Positions 16,659 through 26,648 of a stretch of 37,225 nucleotides of DNA are shown here, one piece after another; positions within the stretch are counted from its first letter, which is position 1, and each line of letters starts with the position of its first letter. Origin of the DNA: an uncultured archaeon (GTDB lineage Archaea > Iainarchaeota > Iainarchaeia > Iainarchaeales > DTGL01); contig CAZKED010000004.1 in assembly GCA_964551725.1 (NCBI GenBank), positions 1 through 37,225 on the forward strand, read 5' to 3'. Below the pieces are notes generated by a model. It was not told the origin of the DNA, ran no database searches, and saw nothing but the letters and a program-made list of their open reading frames with translations. Position numbers and translations under genes: made by a program.

Positions 16659-19600
16659 ATGAAATTCCCCATTTCAAAAATTCCAAAATTCAGATTCTTT
16701 TTGTTTGCTTTTATGGTGATGCTGTTGTTTAATACCGCGGGAGCTGCGGTCCCGCAACTTTTGACCGTCCAAGGAAGACTGGAAACGGACGGTGAATTGT
16801 TGAATGGCAGCTATGACATGGTCTTCAAGATCTATGACGTGAATACAGGGGGCACAGCCCTGTACACGGAAACCCATGACGGGACCAACCAGGTTTCCGT
16901 GTCCGATGGATTCTTCAGCGCGGTTTTAGGGGAATTGACAGCGCTGGACCTCGATTTCAAAAATCAGTACTGGCTCGGCGTAACCGTGGGAACAGACACT
17001 GAAATGACTCCGAGAATAAAGCTCACAGCAACGCCATACGCAATGACCGCACAGGACTTGAATGTAGCGAGCAACCTGAACATAGATGCAGGCACTCTCT
17101 ACGTGGACATTTCAAACAACAGGGTCGGCGTGGGAACAACGAATCCGGCGGAGAAGTTGGAAGTTGAGCTTGGAGCATCGGAAAAGGTGCTTATTGATGC
17201 TTCAACCACGGATTCGACTGTCACAGGCGGAGTTCTGGACATTGATTTTGATACATCCTCCAATAATGTGCAGGGGGTGCTGCTGGATGTTACCACTGTT
17301 AATGATGCCTCATTTGATACAATAAGCGGTATGCGCATCTCAACAGCCATCAACGACAGTAGTGACAATGTTCGCTCTCTTGAACTTTACAACGCGAATA
17401 CTTCTGCCAATAAGGCACCCAACATATTCTTGTACATTGACCAAGAGGACCCCGATGCAACAAATGCCACCGGCATCTACTTTTACGAACTGGGCACAAT
17501 GACCAATGCTATCGATGCCTCTGATTCAGACATTGTTAATGCCCTTTACCTTGGCTCCAATAACATCAAATTCAACTCCAGTTTCAATATAAGCGATGGC
17601 TCGAACAATCTCTTTACTTTCACTGACCAGGGCACCACCGGCGACCTAACCGTTACAGGCGATGTCGGCATAGGCACCGCTTCGCCAGCAAACAAACTCA
17701 ATGTAATCGGTGACATTAATGCTACTGGCACAGTGTACATGAATGGCTCCGAGATTTCGCCGGGTTACTGGACTCAGAGTGATTCGAACATTTACTACAA
17801 TTCAGGCAACGTAGGAATCGGGACAGCGAGTCCCGCAGCAAAACTTTCGTTTTATTCAAGCTCCAATGAAACGATAATACAGGCAGACGGTCCTTACAAC
17901 CCATATTTTACGATTTCACACGATTATGGCGGCGGGAATGCACAGGTTACATTGAGATCGCAGGATGGATCGGGAAACAAGGTCTATGTGGGCCTTGACC
18001 CTTGGGATGACGCGAAGTTGGTTAATTTGTCGAGTACCGGCGAAATGGGGCAAATCAGCGTTTATCCAGATTACCTTTTTTTCACCACTTCCAATGCACA
18101 GCGCATGGCGATAGACTCCTCGGGCTATGTGGGTATTGGCACTGGTTCGCCTACTGCAAAGCTTGATGTCCGCGGCGACATGAATATTGACCAGGGCACT
18201 CTTGTAGTGGATTCGGCAAACGACCGCGTGGGCATTGGCACCGCAACGCCAAAGAACGCGTTGAATGTAATAGGCGACATCAATGCTACTGGTTCTATTT
18301 ATGGTGATGGTTCTAATTTGACTGGTCTTTCCACCGGTGTTTCCTGGTCTGATCTTGGTTCTGTCACGCCTTGGGCTGATGCCAATGTTGCCGATACCCT
18401 GACTTTTGATAAGGTGCTGTTTTCTGACGGCAATGTAATCATTGGCACTGCTGGAACGAATGCTTCTGGCACTCAGGCAATTGCCATTGGACAGGGCGCG
18501 GTTGCTTCCGGTAATTATTCTATCGTTCAGGGTTATTCTGCTGATGCTGCTGGCGATAGTGCTATTGCTTTGGGTATGGACGCGAATGCTGCCGGCTCTT
18601 ATTCCATTGCCCAGGGTGAGAGTGCTAAAGCCACTAACTGGGGTTCAATTGCTTTGGGCAGGGAGGCACTTGCTTCCGGCGGTTCTTCGATTGCTTTGGG
18701 TTATGACGCGAATGCGTCCAGCACTAATTCTATCGCCCAAGGCCAAAGTTCTGAAGCCACTGCCGAGCATGCGATTGCTTTAGGCGCTTATGCAAAAGCT
18801 TCCGGTCTTTATTCTTTTGCTCAGGGTTATTCTGCTGACGCCACTGCTTCTTCTGCGATTGCTTTGGGCAGGGATGCTAGCGCCACTGCTTCCAGTGCTG
18901 TTGCTTTTGGCAAGGATGCGAATGCTGCCGGCGATTATTCTGTTGCTCTGGGGCTTTATGCTGATGCCACTAACACTGGCGCGGTTGCTTTGGGCAGGAG
19001 TGCGGTTGCTTCCGATTATTACTCTACAGCCCTTGGTTATGCTTCCAATGCTACGGGGTGGTATACGGTTGCCTTGGGTTATAATACTGATGCGACTGCC
19101 ACTGATGCGATTGCCTTGGGCGGACTTGCGAAAGCTACTGGCAATCATTCCATTGCCCTGGGTTATTCTCCTGATGCCACTGCTACGGATTCCATTGCTT
19201 TGGGTCATGATGCGAATGCTGCCGGCAATTATTCCATTGCTCAGGGTTATGATGCTGACGCCACTGCTTCCGGTGCGATTGCTTTGGGCAGGTTAGCGAC
19301 TGCTTCCGGTTCTTATTCTATTGCCCAGGGTTATTCTGCTGATGCCACTGCCGATTACGCGGTTGCTTTGGGCAGGGATGCAAATGCTGGCTATTATTCT
19401 ATTGCCCAGGGTTATGATGCTGAGGCGGCTGCTGATGGGGCGGTTGCTTTGGGTGCGTTTACGGTTGCTTCCGGTGGTTATTCCTTTGCCCAGGGCTGGG
19501 GTGCTGACGCCACTGGCGAGCGTACGATTGCTTTGGGTTATGATGCGAATGCTGCTGGCGATTACGCGATTGCTCAGGGTTATGGGGCTCAGGCGTCTCA

Positions 19601-20885
19601 CAATTATGATGTGGCTATAGGTTATACTGCAAGTGCCGATTATGGGGGCGCTACTGCATTTGGCAGTTATTCGGACTCCAACGGGGAGGGGTCACTCGCA
19701 TTTGGCGTGTATTCAGATGCTTGGAACAGGGGTTCGACTGCTTATGGCTATAATGCAAGGGCCACTCACGAGGGCACAACAGCTTTGGGTTATGCCGCAG
19801 TTGCAACAAGTATTAATGCAACCGCTGTAGGTCGTTCTGCCAATTCCTCCGGAGCGCGCTCAACTGCAGTGGGCAGGCAGGCAACCGCGAGCGGGCAGGA
19901 ATCAGTTGCCGTTGGCTATTCGGCAGATGCCACTTCCGGTTATGCGGTTGCAATTGGCAAGTATGCCGAGGCATCTGGCAGTGGTTCGGTTGCCGTGGGC
20001 GAGCGGGCTGAAGCCACCAGTTCCACTTCAATCGCTTTGGGCGACGCGAGCAGTACAAGCAGTTATGCAATTGCTGCGGGCGAGGGCGCGAATGCTGCCG
20101 GTTATTCTTCTGTTGCCTTGAGTTGGGGTGCTGATGCTGCTGGCGGTTATGCGATTGCTCTGGGTTATGATGCTAATGCCGCAGGCGGTTATTCCATTGC
20201 GCAGGGCAGGGGTGCTGATGCAACTGCTGAGAGTGCGGTTGCTTTGGGCAGGGATGCGGTTGCTTCCGGTCTTTATTCCATGGCTCAGGGTTATTCTGCT
20301 GACGCCACTGCCAATTATGCGATTGCTTTGGGCGAGAGTGCGAATGCTTCCGGTGCTTCTTCGATTTCTTTGGGCAGGCTTGCGGTTTCTTCCAATTCCA
20401 CTTCCATTGCCTTGGGTTATTCTGCTGACGCCACTGGTTCTGAAGCGATTGCTTTGGGTAGGGATACTCAGGCCATTGGCGATAGTGCTATTGCTTTGGG
20501 TATGGACGCGAATGCTGCTGGTTCTTATTCTATTGCTCAGGGCAATTCTGCTGATGCCACTGCCCAGGATTCCATTGCTTTGGGCAGGGATGCGTTTGCT
20601 TCCGGTTCTTATTCTATTGCGCAGGGTTCTTATGCTGATGCCACTGCTTCCGGCGCGATTGCTTTGGGCAGGGATGCGAACGCTCCCTACGAGGGTTCTG
20701 TTGCTTTGGGCAGGGATGCTGAAACTACGGATACTTACCAGGTTTCCCTGGGCGGCGGAGACTACAATTACGACCTGGTGGTTTCGGGAATCACAACTAC
20801 GTCTGGCGGTCTGGTGATTGAGACAAGGACATCCGATCCGTCCAGTCCTGTGACAGGGCAGATGTGGCTGAGGACCGACATATGA
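16659..20885 (+). CDS. Secreted fibre-like adhesin with tail-fibre-type GNVGIGT repeats and YadA-head (Hep/Hag) repeats
   Basis: Signal peptide, N-domain QGRL...F.IYD...GG..L..E...V..G.FS..LG...PYA, five VG(I/V)GT..P...L units, about 55 14-aa (S/A)IA(L/Q)G...A.A repeats, and C-terminal TSDPSSPVTGQMWLRTD. No beta-barrel or TM anchor. Confidence 0.9.
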   Translation: MKFPISKIPKFRFFLFAFMVMLLFNTAGAAVPQLLTVQGRLETDGELLNGSYDMVFKIYDVNTGGTALYTETHDGTNQVSVSDGFFSAVLGELTALDLDFKNQYWLGVTVGTDTEMTPRIKLTATPYAMTAQDLNVASNLNIDAGTLYVDISNNRVGVGTTNPAEKLEVELGASEKVLIDASTTDSTVTGGVLDIDFDTSSNNVQGVLLDVTTVNDASFDTISGMRISTAINDSSDNVRSLELYNANTSANKAPNIFLYIDQEDPDATNATGIYFYELGTMTNAIDASDSDIVNALYLGSNNIKFNSSFNISDGSNNLFTFTDQGTTGDLTVTGDVGIGTASPANKLNVIGDINATGTVYMNGSEISPGYWTQSDSNIYYNSGNVGIGTASPAAKLSFYSSSNETIIQADGPYNPYFTISHDYGGGNAQVTLRSQDGSGNKVYVGLDPWDDAKLVNLSSTGEMGQISVYPDYLFFTTSNAQRMAIDSSGYVGIGTGSPTAKLDVRGDMNIDQGTLVVDSANDRVGIGTATPKNALNVIGDINATGSIYGDGSNLTGLSTGVSWSDLGSVTPWADANVADTLTFDKVLFSDGNVIIGTAGTNASGTQAIAIGQGAVASGNYSIVQGYSADAAGDSAIALGMDANAAGSYSIAQGESAKATNWGSIALGREALASGGSSIALGYDANASSTNSIAQGQSSEATAEHAIALGAYAKASGLYSFAQGYSADATASSAIALGRDASATASSAVAFGKDANAAGDYSVALGLYADATNTGAVALGRSAVASDYYSTALGYASNATGWYTVALGYNTDATATDAIALGGLAKATGNHSIALGYSPDATATDSIALGHDANAAGNYSIAQGYDADATASGAIALGRLATASGSYSIAQGYSADATADYAVALGRDANAGYYSIAQGYDAEAAADGAVALGAFTVASGGYSFAQGWGADATGERTIALGYDANAAGDYAIAQGYGAQASHNYDVAIGYTASADYGGATAFGSYSDSNGEGSLAFGVYSDAWNRGSTAYGYNARATHEGTTALGYAAVATSINATAVGRSANSSGARSTAVGRQATASGQESVAVGYSADATSGYAVAIGKYAEASGSGSVAVGERAEATSSTSIALGDASSTSSYAIAAGEGANAAGYSSVALSWGADAAGGYAIALGYDANAAGGYSIAQGRGADATAESAVALGRDAVASGLYSMAQGYSADATANYAIALGESANASGASSISLGRLAVSSNSTSIALGYSADATGSEAIALGRDTQAIGDSAIALGMDANAAGSYSIAQGNSADATAQDSIALGRDAFASGSYSIAQGSYADATASGAIALGRDANAPYEGSVALGRDAETTDTYQVSLGGGDYNYDLVVSGITTTSGGLVIETRTSDPSSPVTGQMWLRTDI
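18430..20750 (+). repeat. Coding tandem repeat, 42-bp/14-aa unit, about 55 copies (YadA-like beta-roll)
   Basis: Recurrent ATTGCTTTGGG / ATTGC(C/T)CAGGG at a 42-bp period. An exact 42-bp copy occurs at 18551-18592 and 20477-20518. Confidence 0.92.
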
Positions 20886-20892
20886 GGGAGGA

Positions 20893-23800
20893 ATGCGAAG
20901 GCGGTGTTTTAAAATGAACCAGAGCAATAACACGGGAGCGGGAAAGCCCGGCTTTTGCTGGGAAGCGAACAAACTGCGCGGTTTTCTCACAGCATTATTC
21001 CTGCTTTTGATGCTCGCTTGCTCCAATGCGCTTTCGGTAACGATAGACAGTCCGGACCAGGAGTATGTGCAGACCTCCGCCGCGCTTGAACTGACAATCA
21101 ATGATGCCGATGCCACGAGCTGGCTTATTGACATAAATTACTCCAACAGTTCCGAGCAGGGCACAGGAACCAGCCTGGCGAGCGGTGCAAGTCTCGGCTT
21201 GGATTCAAAGGCGGTGTACGATTTCAACGAAATCATTCTTGACAGTTCCAGCGTTTACGATGTTGTGACGGTTAGAGCAGTTGACCTGGACGAGGACGGG
21301 GATGTTGACGTTGTAGCGCCGGATGACGATTCCTATCCCAAACTTTACTGGTACGAGAATGATGGTTCGGGCAACTTCACAAAAACACTTATTGACGACA
21401 CGCTCTCCAGTTATTGTTACGGCGGGGTTGACACCGGGGACTTTGACGGAGACGGCGACATTGACATTGTTTTAGCGCACTATTACGACATTTACCTCTA
21501 CAAAAACGACGGAAGCGAGAACTTTTCAAGGGAAACAGTGTACACAGGGAGCGATTATATGAATGGGTTGGGCGTAGGCGATATTGACGGAGACGAGGAC
21601 CTGGACCTGGTTTCAGGAGAGGGCACCTACAGCGGCAAGCCCCTTTACTGGTTCGACAACAATGGCACGGGCGGCTTCACCAGGCAGACGGTTACAAGTT
21701 CTGCCTACCAATATGTTAGGAGAGCGAGGATTATTGTTGCCGACATGAACAACGACGGCTACATGGACATAGTGGGACCCCACGAGTCATCGTCTGTTGA
21801 TTACCGGGTGTGGTTCAATGACGGGTCGCAAAACTTCCAGGCGGGCAGCGGTAGCTTCAGCGGGCGCTGCAACAGGCCTGTCGTGGACATGGACGGAGAC
21901 GGGGACCTCGACATGCTCGGAGCCTATTACACCCGCTTGTACTATCACGAGAACGACGGCAAGGGGAATTTCTCCCAGAGCACGTTATTTGAGTTTTCTG
22001 ACTCTTCCTGGGACAGGGGGGTCTTTCCCGTGGACTTTGACGAGGACAACGACATTGATGTCGTATATTTTCTGGAGGGAGAACTTTCCTGGCTTGAAAA
22101 CGACGGGAGCATGAATTTCACAAAGCACTCGATTGACTCGGAGCAGTATGGTTTTTACTCCCTCGACACGAACGACTTGGACGGCGACGGAGCAATCGAT
22201 ATACTTGCGGGATATGACCAGGACCTGAGGTGGTATTCCCATATAACGCCGTGCACGGAAGTGTCTGCAGGCACATACAAGTGCTTTTACGACTTCAACG
22301 TGCTTCCAGTTTCGCCTGACGGGGACTATTACCTTTTGGTGAGCGCGGACAACGGTGTTTCCTCGGGATTCGATTATTCCGAGATTACAGCGGACAACGA
22401 ACTGCCTTTTGTTTCCTGCCCCCAAAACAATCTGGTTCTTTCTAGCGACACGGTTTTCCCGAATCTCACATGCAGCGCATCTGCCGACGAGGACGGCGAC
22501 GGCTTGATAAAGATTGCCGCGGACAATATAACGATTGACTGCAACGGAATGCAGTTGATTGGGAACGGCTCGGGAATAGGTTTTTACAGCGAAAACCATC
22601 ATGGCATAACGCTCAAAAACTGCCATGTGGAGAACTTTTACACAGGGGCGGAATTCTATGCCAGCACTTCCAGTCCAAGGATGAACAGCCTGCTAATCCA
22701 AGACAACAATTTTATTTCCAACCAGCAGTACGGTTTCAGGCTCAATTATTCTTCCTCTTCTTACCTGGGAAAGGACTACAATTTGCTGAACAACCGTTTT
22801 ACGGACACCTATTACGGGGCTTATTTGTATGCGGGTGGAAGCTGCCTTGTTTCTGATAACTACTTCTCCGATAATACATTCAATTTTTACTCTTACTTTT
22901 ACAACTATGCGGAAACGTATCCCTATGTACTGATTAAGGATAACTATGCCGAAAATTCCGGAAGTTACAGTTTTTATGTCAACAGCAGTTCAAGTTACTG
23001 CGACATCAATTTTTATTCAAACGAATCCTATTACGACAGCTATGCCATATACCTGGGCTCGTACGTTCACGTTGAAAAGAACGACATGCGCTCCGCTGGC
23101 AATTACGGGGTGTATACCTCGTATGCCAGGGACTGCACCATAATCGACAACAATTTCGTCGACTCCCGCTGGGGCTCGGGAATTTATATCAGCAGGAATT
23201 ATGAGGATGACGGCATGGGCTTGGTGGTACGGGACAACAACATAAGCGGCAACGACGATTACGGAATATATGTTTACGGGGATTCGACAAGGGGCGTTAA
23301 AAACGTCATTCAGGATAATTTAATCGAAAACAACCGCCAGGACGGAATTTACTTTTACAACGCACACGACAACAACGTGGTCGACAACAACATATTCGGC
23401 AACGGCGAGAAGTCAAGCACGTATTACGGAGTGCGGCTGTACAACGCTTACAGCAACAAATTCGCGGACAACAACATATCCAACAACTCCGATGGCGGCA
23501 TGCACGTAACCCAGTCGAGTTCCCAAGACAACCTCATTTACAACAACTATTTTTCAAACACGCTGAACGCAAAGGACGACAGCGGCAACGCGCAGGACTG
23601 GAATACGACAAAGGAAGTTGGAAACAACATAGTCGGCGGACCTTACATGGGCGGCAATTACTGGAGCGATTACGCCGGCGAGGACACCGACAGCGATTAC
23701 ATAGGCAACACGCTTCTGCCTTACGATTCCGGGGGCAATATTGGAAGCGGCGGGGATTACCTGCCGCTGACAGGGGCTGGCGAGATAGTAAACAACGCCC

Positions 23801-24336
23801 CGGACGTGCCTGTGCTGAGCTCTCCAGCGGACGGAGCCACTGGCATAAGCACTTCCCCTGACCTGGTCTTTTATTATTCTGACTCGGATTCCCATGACTG
23901 CACGAAGTTCGATTTGATGGTTGACAACAATTCGGATTTTTCCTCCGCCGAAGTGAACGAGACCGATTTTTCTACGGGCGGTCCGTGGGAGAGCGATTCT
24001 AACATCACTTATTCCGCTTCCGGTCTCTCTTATGACACCAAGTATTACTGGAAGACAAGGGTATTTGACGGCACTGACTGGAGCGACTGGTCCGACGGCA
24101 CCTGGGACTTTAACACGACTTCGGGGGGAGTGGACTGCGGTTTGAGGGTCTATGACGGAACAGGGGTTGTCGGCATTGTCTGCATAGAGGGAGACCTGTC
24201 AACAGCAGTCCTGAGAATCAGTATAGACGGCACTACCTACGGAGTGCAGCTTGTTGATCCATCAGATCCTTCCGCGTCAAATCTGAGGGTGCAAACGCCT
24301 TCGGGAGTAAAGGCGTTGAGCATTCTGCCGAGCTGA
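20893..24336 (+). CDS. Secreted protein: FG-GAP/VCBS beta-propeller, NosD/CASH-like beta-helix, Fn3-like domain, short C-terminal domain
   Basis: Seven D.D.DGD.D.V-type repeats with WYENDGSGNF, parallel beta-helix repeats (GI......N...DNNI..N) ending NLIYNNYFSN...GGNYWSDY, and NNAPDVPVLSSPADG...YYWKTRV...WSDWS. Start may be ATG 20914. Confidence 0.9.
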   Translation: MRRRCFKMNQSNNTGAGKPGFCWEANKLRGFLTALFLLLMLACSNALSVTIDSPDQEYVQTSAALELTINDADATSWLIDINYSNSSEQGTGTSLASGASLGLDSKAVYDFNEIILDSSSVYDVVTVRAVDLDEDGDVDVVAPDDDSYPKLYWYENDGSGNFTKTLIDDTLSSYCYGGVDTGDFDGDGDIDIVLAHYYDIYLYKNDGSENFSRETVYTGSDYMNGLGVGDIDGDEDLDLVSGEGTYSGKPLYWFDNNGTGGFTRQTVTSSAYQYVRRARIIVADMNNDGYMDIVGPHESSSVDYRVWFNDGSQNFQAGSGSFSGRCNRPVVDMDGDGDLDMLGAYYTRLYYHENDGKGNFSQSTLFEFSDSSWDRGVFPVDFDEDNDIDVVYFLEGELSWLENDGSMNFTKHSIDSEQYGFYSLDTNDLDGDGAIDILAGYDQDLRWYSHITPCTEVSAGTYKCFYDFNVLPVSPDGDYYLLVSADNGVSSGFDYSEITADNELPFVSCPQNNLVLSSDTVFPNLTCSASADEDGDGLIKIAADNITIDCNGMQLIGNGSGIGFYSENHHGITLKNCHVENFYTGAEFYASTSSPRMNSLLIQDNNFISNQQYGFRLNYSSSSYLGKDYNLLNNRFTDTYYGAYLYAGGSCLVSDNYFSDNTFNFYSYFYNYAETYPYVLIKDNYAENSGSYSFYVNSSSSYCDINFYSNESYYDSYAIYLGSYVHVEKNDMRSAGNYGVYTSYARDCTIIDNNFVDSRWGSGIYISRNYEDDGMGLVVRDNNISGNDDYGIYVYGDSTRGVKNVIQDNLIENNRQDGIYFYNAHDNNVVDNNIFGNGEKSSTYYGVRLYNAYSNKFADNNISNNSDGGMHVTQSSSQDNLIYNNYFSNTLNAKDDSGNAQDWNTTKEVGNNIVGGPYMGGNYWSDYAGEDTDSDYIGNTLLPYDSGGNIGSGGDYLPLTGAGEIVNNAPDVPVLSSPADGATGISTSPDLVFYYSDSDSHDCTKFDLMVDNNSDFSSAEVNETDFSTGGPWESDSNITYSASGLSYDTKYYWKTRVFDGTDWSDWSDGTWDFNTTSGGVDCGLRVYDGTGVVGIVCIEGDLSTAVLRISIDGTTYGVQLVDPSDPSASNLRVQTPSGVKALSILPS

Positions 24337-24341
24337 TATGC

Positions 24342-26648
24342 ATGTTTATTTCACTCTTGAAAAAAACCATTCCGGTTGTGGAGAAAATGGGCAATAGTGG
24401 CAGGATGCAGGCGTTGTTCTTTTTGGTGCTTTTGTCTGTTCCAGTGGCTTTTTCCGCTAACCCGGGTAGCGAAACCTATGATTTGAACGGCTGTACAGTA
24501 ACGCCGAGTTCAAGCGCTTCATCCAGCAATTACACCGCGCTGGACATAGGCGTGGGCGAACCCGCTTTGAGCGGAATGTCCGGCTCGATTTATTCGGGGG
24601 ACGCGGGCTTTGCGCGCAGGATAGGCAATTTTGCCCCGGACGTGAACTTGGTTGACCCCAACGGCGGAGAGCAGGTTTACGGCACGGGTTACGGGATAGA
24701 TTTCAACGTGCAGGACAGGGATGCGTCAAGGCTTTACGCGACAATTGCTTATTCCTCAAGCCCGGGCGCTTTCGATAACGACATAAACTCTGGAATAATT
24801 ATAAACAGGTACAATAAAATAAGCGCGCTTGATTGTTCCGGCAAAAACTGGAGTCTGAGGAGAACCTGCACCTATTACTGGAATACCCACACGGTGCCGG
24901 ACGGAAACTATTACGTTGACATAAACGTTTGGGATGTTGCCAAAAAGGCCTGGGATTCGGATTCAAGCGATGCGCATTTCACACTGGACAACAATGCCCC
25001 GAGCACTACATGGGATGCAAACGGCGAATGGCAGGCAGGCGACGTCAACGTGCACTTGGCGTGTGCCGATGGAAATGGCTCCGGCTGTTATTCGACAATG
25101 TACAGGCTGGACGACGACAATTCGGACAGCGTGAATTACGGTTCATGGCAGTCTTACAATCCTGCTGCAGGAATTGTTGTAACGAGTTCCGGCGACGGGA
25201 ATTATGCGATAGATTTCAATTCAACGGACAACTTCGGGCATGTTGAGACTACGAACACCCATTACATCCTCATAGACAAGCTTGCCCCGGTAATAACAAT
25301 CAACAGACCGGAGCACGGCAACCTGAACGTTGTTTCAGTTAACGTGGATTTCAACGTTGACAGGCGCAGGGGTTCCCCGATAAACATTGACTCCATAACC
25401 GTGGACATAAACGGAACGGACAGCAGCGTTTTTAACGCGTCAACGCACTGCAACTCGTACGGAAACGGCTCCTACCACTGCTCCTACAACGAAACGGCTT
25501 TTATTGGGGGAAACGATTACAACCTCTTCATTACAGCGCAGGACGGGATGGGGCGCGAGGCAACCGCTACATCGATTTTCCACAAGCTCGTGGGAATATT
25601 CGGAGAAGTGAATTCCCCTGACGGAGGGGAGTGCTGGAGCGAGCAGCACGCAATCGACTTCGATGTGTACAATACCTCGAACTTGGACATGCATGTAAGG
25701 GTTTCCTATTCGCAGATTGCGGGGCAGTTCTCCATTGACATCAATGAAGACCTTTACTTGGACAATTATGCGGTCATTGAAGGGCTTTACTGCGAGGACA
25801 CCAACTGGGAGGACAGCACGAACTGCACTTACAGCTGGGACACGAGCGGGGTAAGCGAGGGATTGTATTTCATTGACATTAATGTGTGGAATGCCTCCTA
25901 TGAGACAGATGCCGATTCATCGGACGCGTATTTCACAATAGACCGCACTTCTCCAACTGGCTCTGTTGCCGGTGTTTCCAGTGAAACCGTTTACGAGGAT
26001 ACTGTTTTCCTTGCCTGCACCGACAACCTGAGCGGCTGCGTTTCGGAAAAGAAGTATTATTTCTCCGCCACGCAGTCCTGCTCGGAGACAGAGGGCGATT
26101 ACACCAATTCGACCACTGGAAGCACGCTTTTGATTGCGGCATCGCACACCGATTACTTGTGCGTGTGGTTTGAGGACAACGCGGGAAACAGCGACAGCGT
26201 TGTTTCCGAGCAGCTGCATGTTGACCCCCCCGTTTACGTGATTTCACAGAGGCCAAGCGAGTCACAGATTGTCGCCACCGCGGACTTGAATGACGTGTGC
26301 GGTTTCAGGTTTGTTGACGCCAACATTACCGTGGACTGCCCGTACGAGACAACCATAAGGATCAGGGAGCGCGGCGAGGACTACAACCGCGCGTTTGTTT
26401 TAAGACCCGACGTGTATGTTTCCTCCCCCAAGGACATCAAGGTAGTGCTTGAAACCGACATCAATTCGTTCTCGGACCCCAACTATTACATAAAGTTCAC
26501 AAGCGCCAGCCGCACTGTCACGAGCCAGGGAGACGAGGAGGACTATTCCGTGGTCGTTGTTGAGGAAAGGCTAATTCCAATGTTGAGACCCAACGGAACA
26601 CTCGAAATCGGAACACTGCTTGTTAAGATTCCAAGAAAAGCGCAGTAA
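24342..26648 (+). CDS. Secreted Ig-like repeat protein
   Basis: Signal peptide and two copies of P(N/D)GGE...IDF.V...YS...F..DIN...C...NW....CTY.W.T..V..G.Y..DINVW...DSSDA.FT.D...P, plus further D..SGC / D..GN Ig-like units. True start may be ATG 24387 or 24405. Confidence 0.85.
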   Translation: MFISLLKKTIPVVEKMGNSGRMQALFFLVLLSVPVAFSANPGSETYDLNGCTVTPSSSASSSNYTALDIGVGEPALSGMSGSIYSGDAGFARRIGNFAPDVNLVDPNGGEQVYGTGYGIDFNVQDRDASRLYATIAYSSSPGAFDNDINSGIIINRYNKISALDCSGKNWSLRRTCTYYWNTHTVPDGNYYVDINVWDVAKKAWDSDSSDAHFTLDNNAPSTTWDANGEWQAGDVNVHLACADGNGSGCYSTMYRLDDDNSDSVNYGSWQSYNPAAGIVVTSSGDGNYAIDFNSTDNFGHVETTNTHYILIDKLAPVITINRPEHGNLNVVSVNVDFNVDRRRGSPINIDSITVDINGTDSSVFNASTHCNSYGNGSYHCSYNETAFIGGNDYNLFITAQDGMGREATATSIFHKLVGIFGEVNSPDGGECWSEQHAIDFDVYNTSNLDMHVRVSYSQIAGQFSIDINEDLYLDNYAVIEGLYCEDTNWEDSTNCTYSWDTSGVSEGLYFIDINVWNASYETDADSSDAYFTIDRTSPTGSVAGVSSETVYEDTVFLACTDNLSGCVSEKKYYFSATQSCSETEGDYTNSTTGSTLLIAASHTDYLCVWFEDNAGNSDSVVSEQLHVDPPVYVISQRPSESQIVATADLNDVCGFRFVDANITVDCPYETTIRIRERGEDYNRAFVLRPDVYVSSPKDIKVVLETDINSFSDPNYYIKFTSASRTVTSQGDEEDYSVVVVEERLIPMLRPNGTLEIGTLLVKIPRKAQ

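Noticed and set aside
18430-20750. 42-bp periodic repeats as a CRISPR array
   Set aside because: They are degenerate in-frame coding repeats with no unique spacers and no cas genes.
18442-21134. Alternative-frame and antisense ORFs over the fibre repeats (e.g. 18790-19296, 20128-20817, 20028-21134)
   Set aside because: Shadow ORFs caused by repeat codon bias that removes stops, with no independent features.
16659-26648. Diversity-generating retroelement, suggested by A-poor codons and adhesin targets
   Set aside because: No reverse transcriptase in the window, and I found no repeat pair differing only at adenines.
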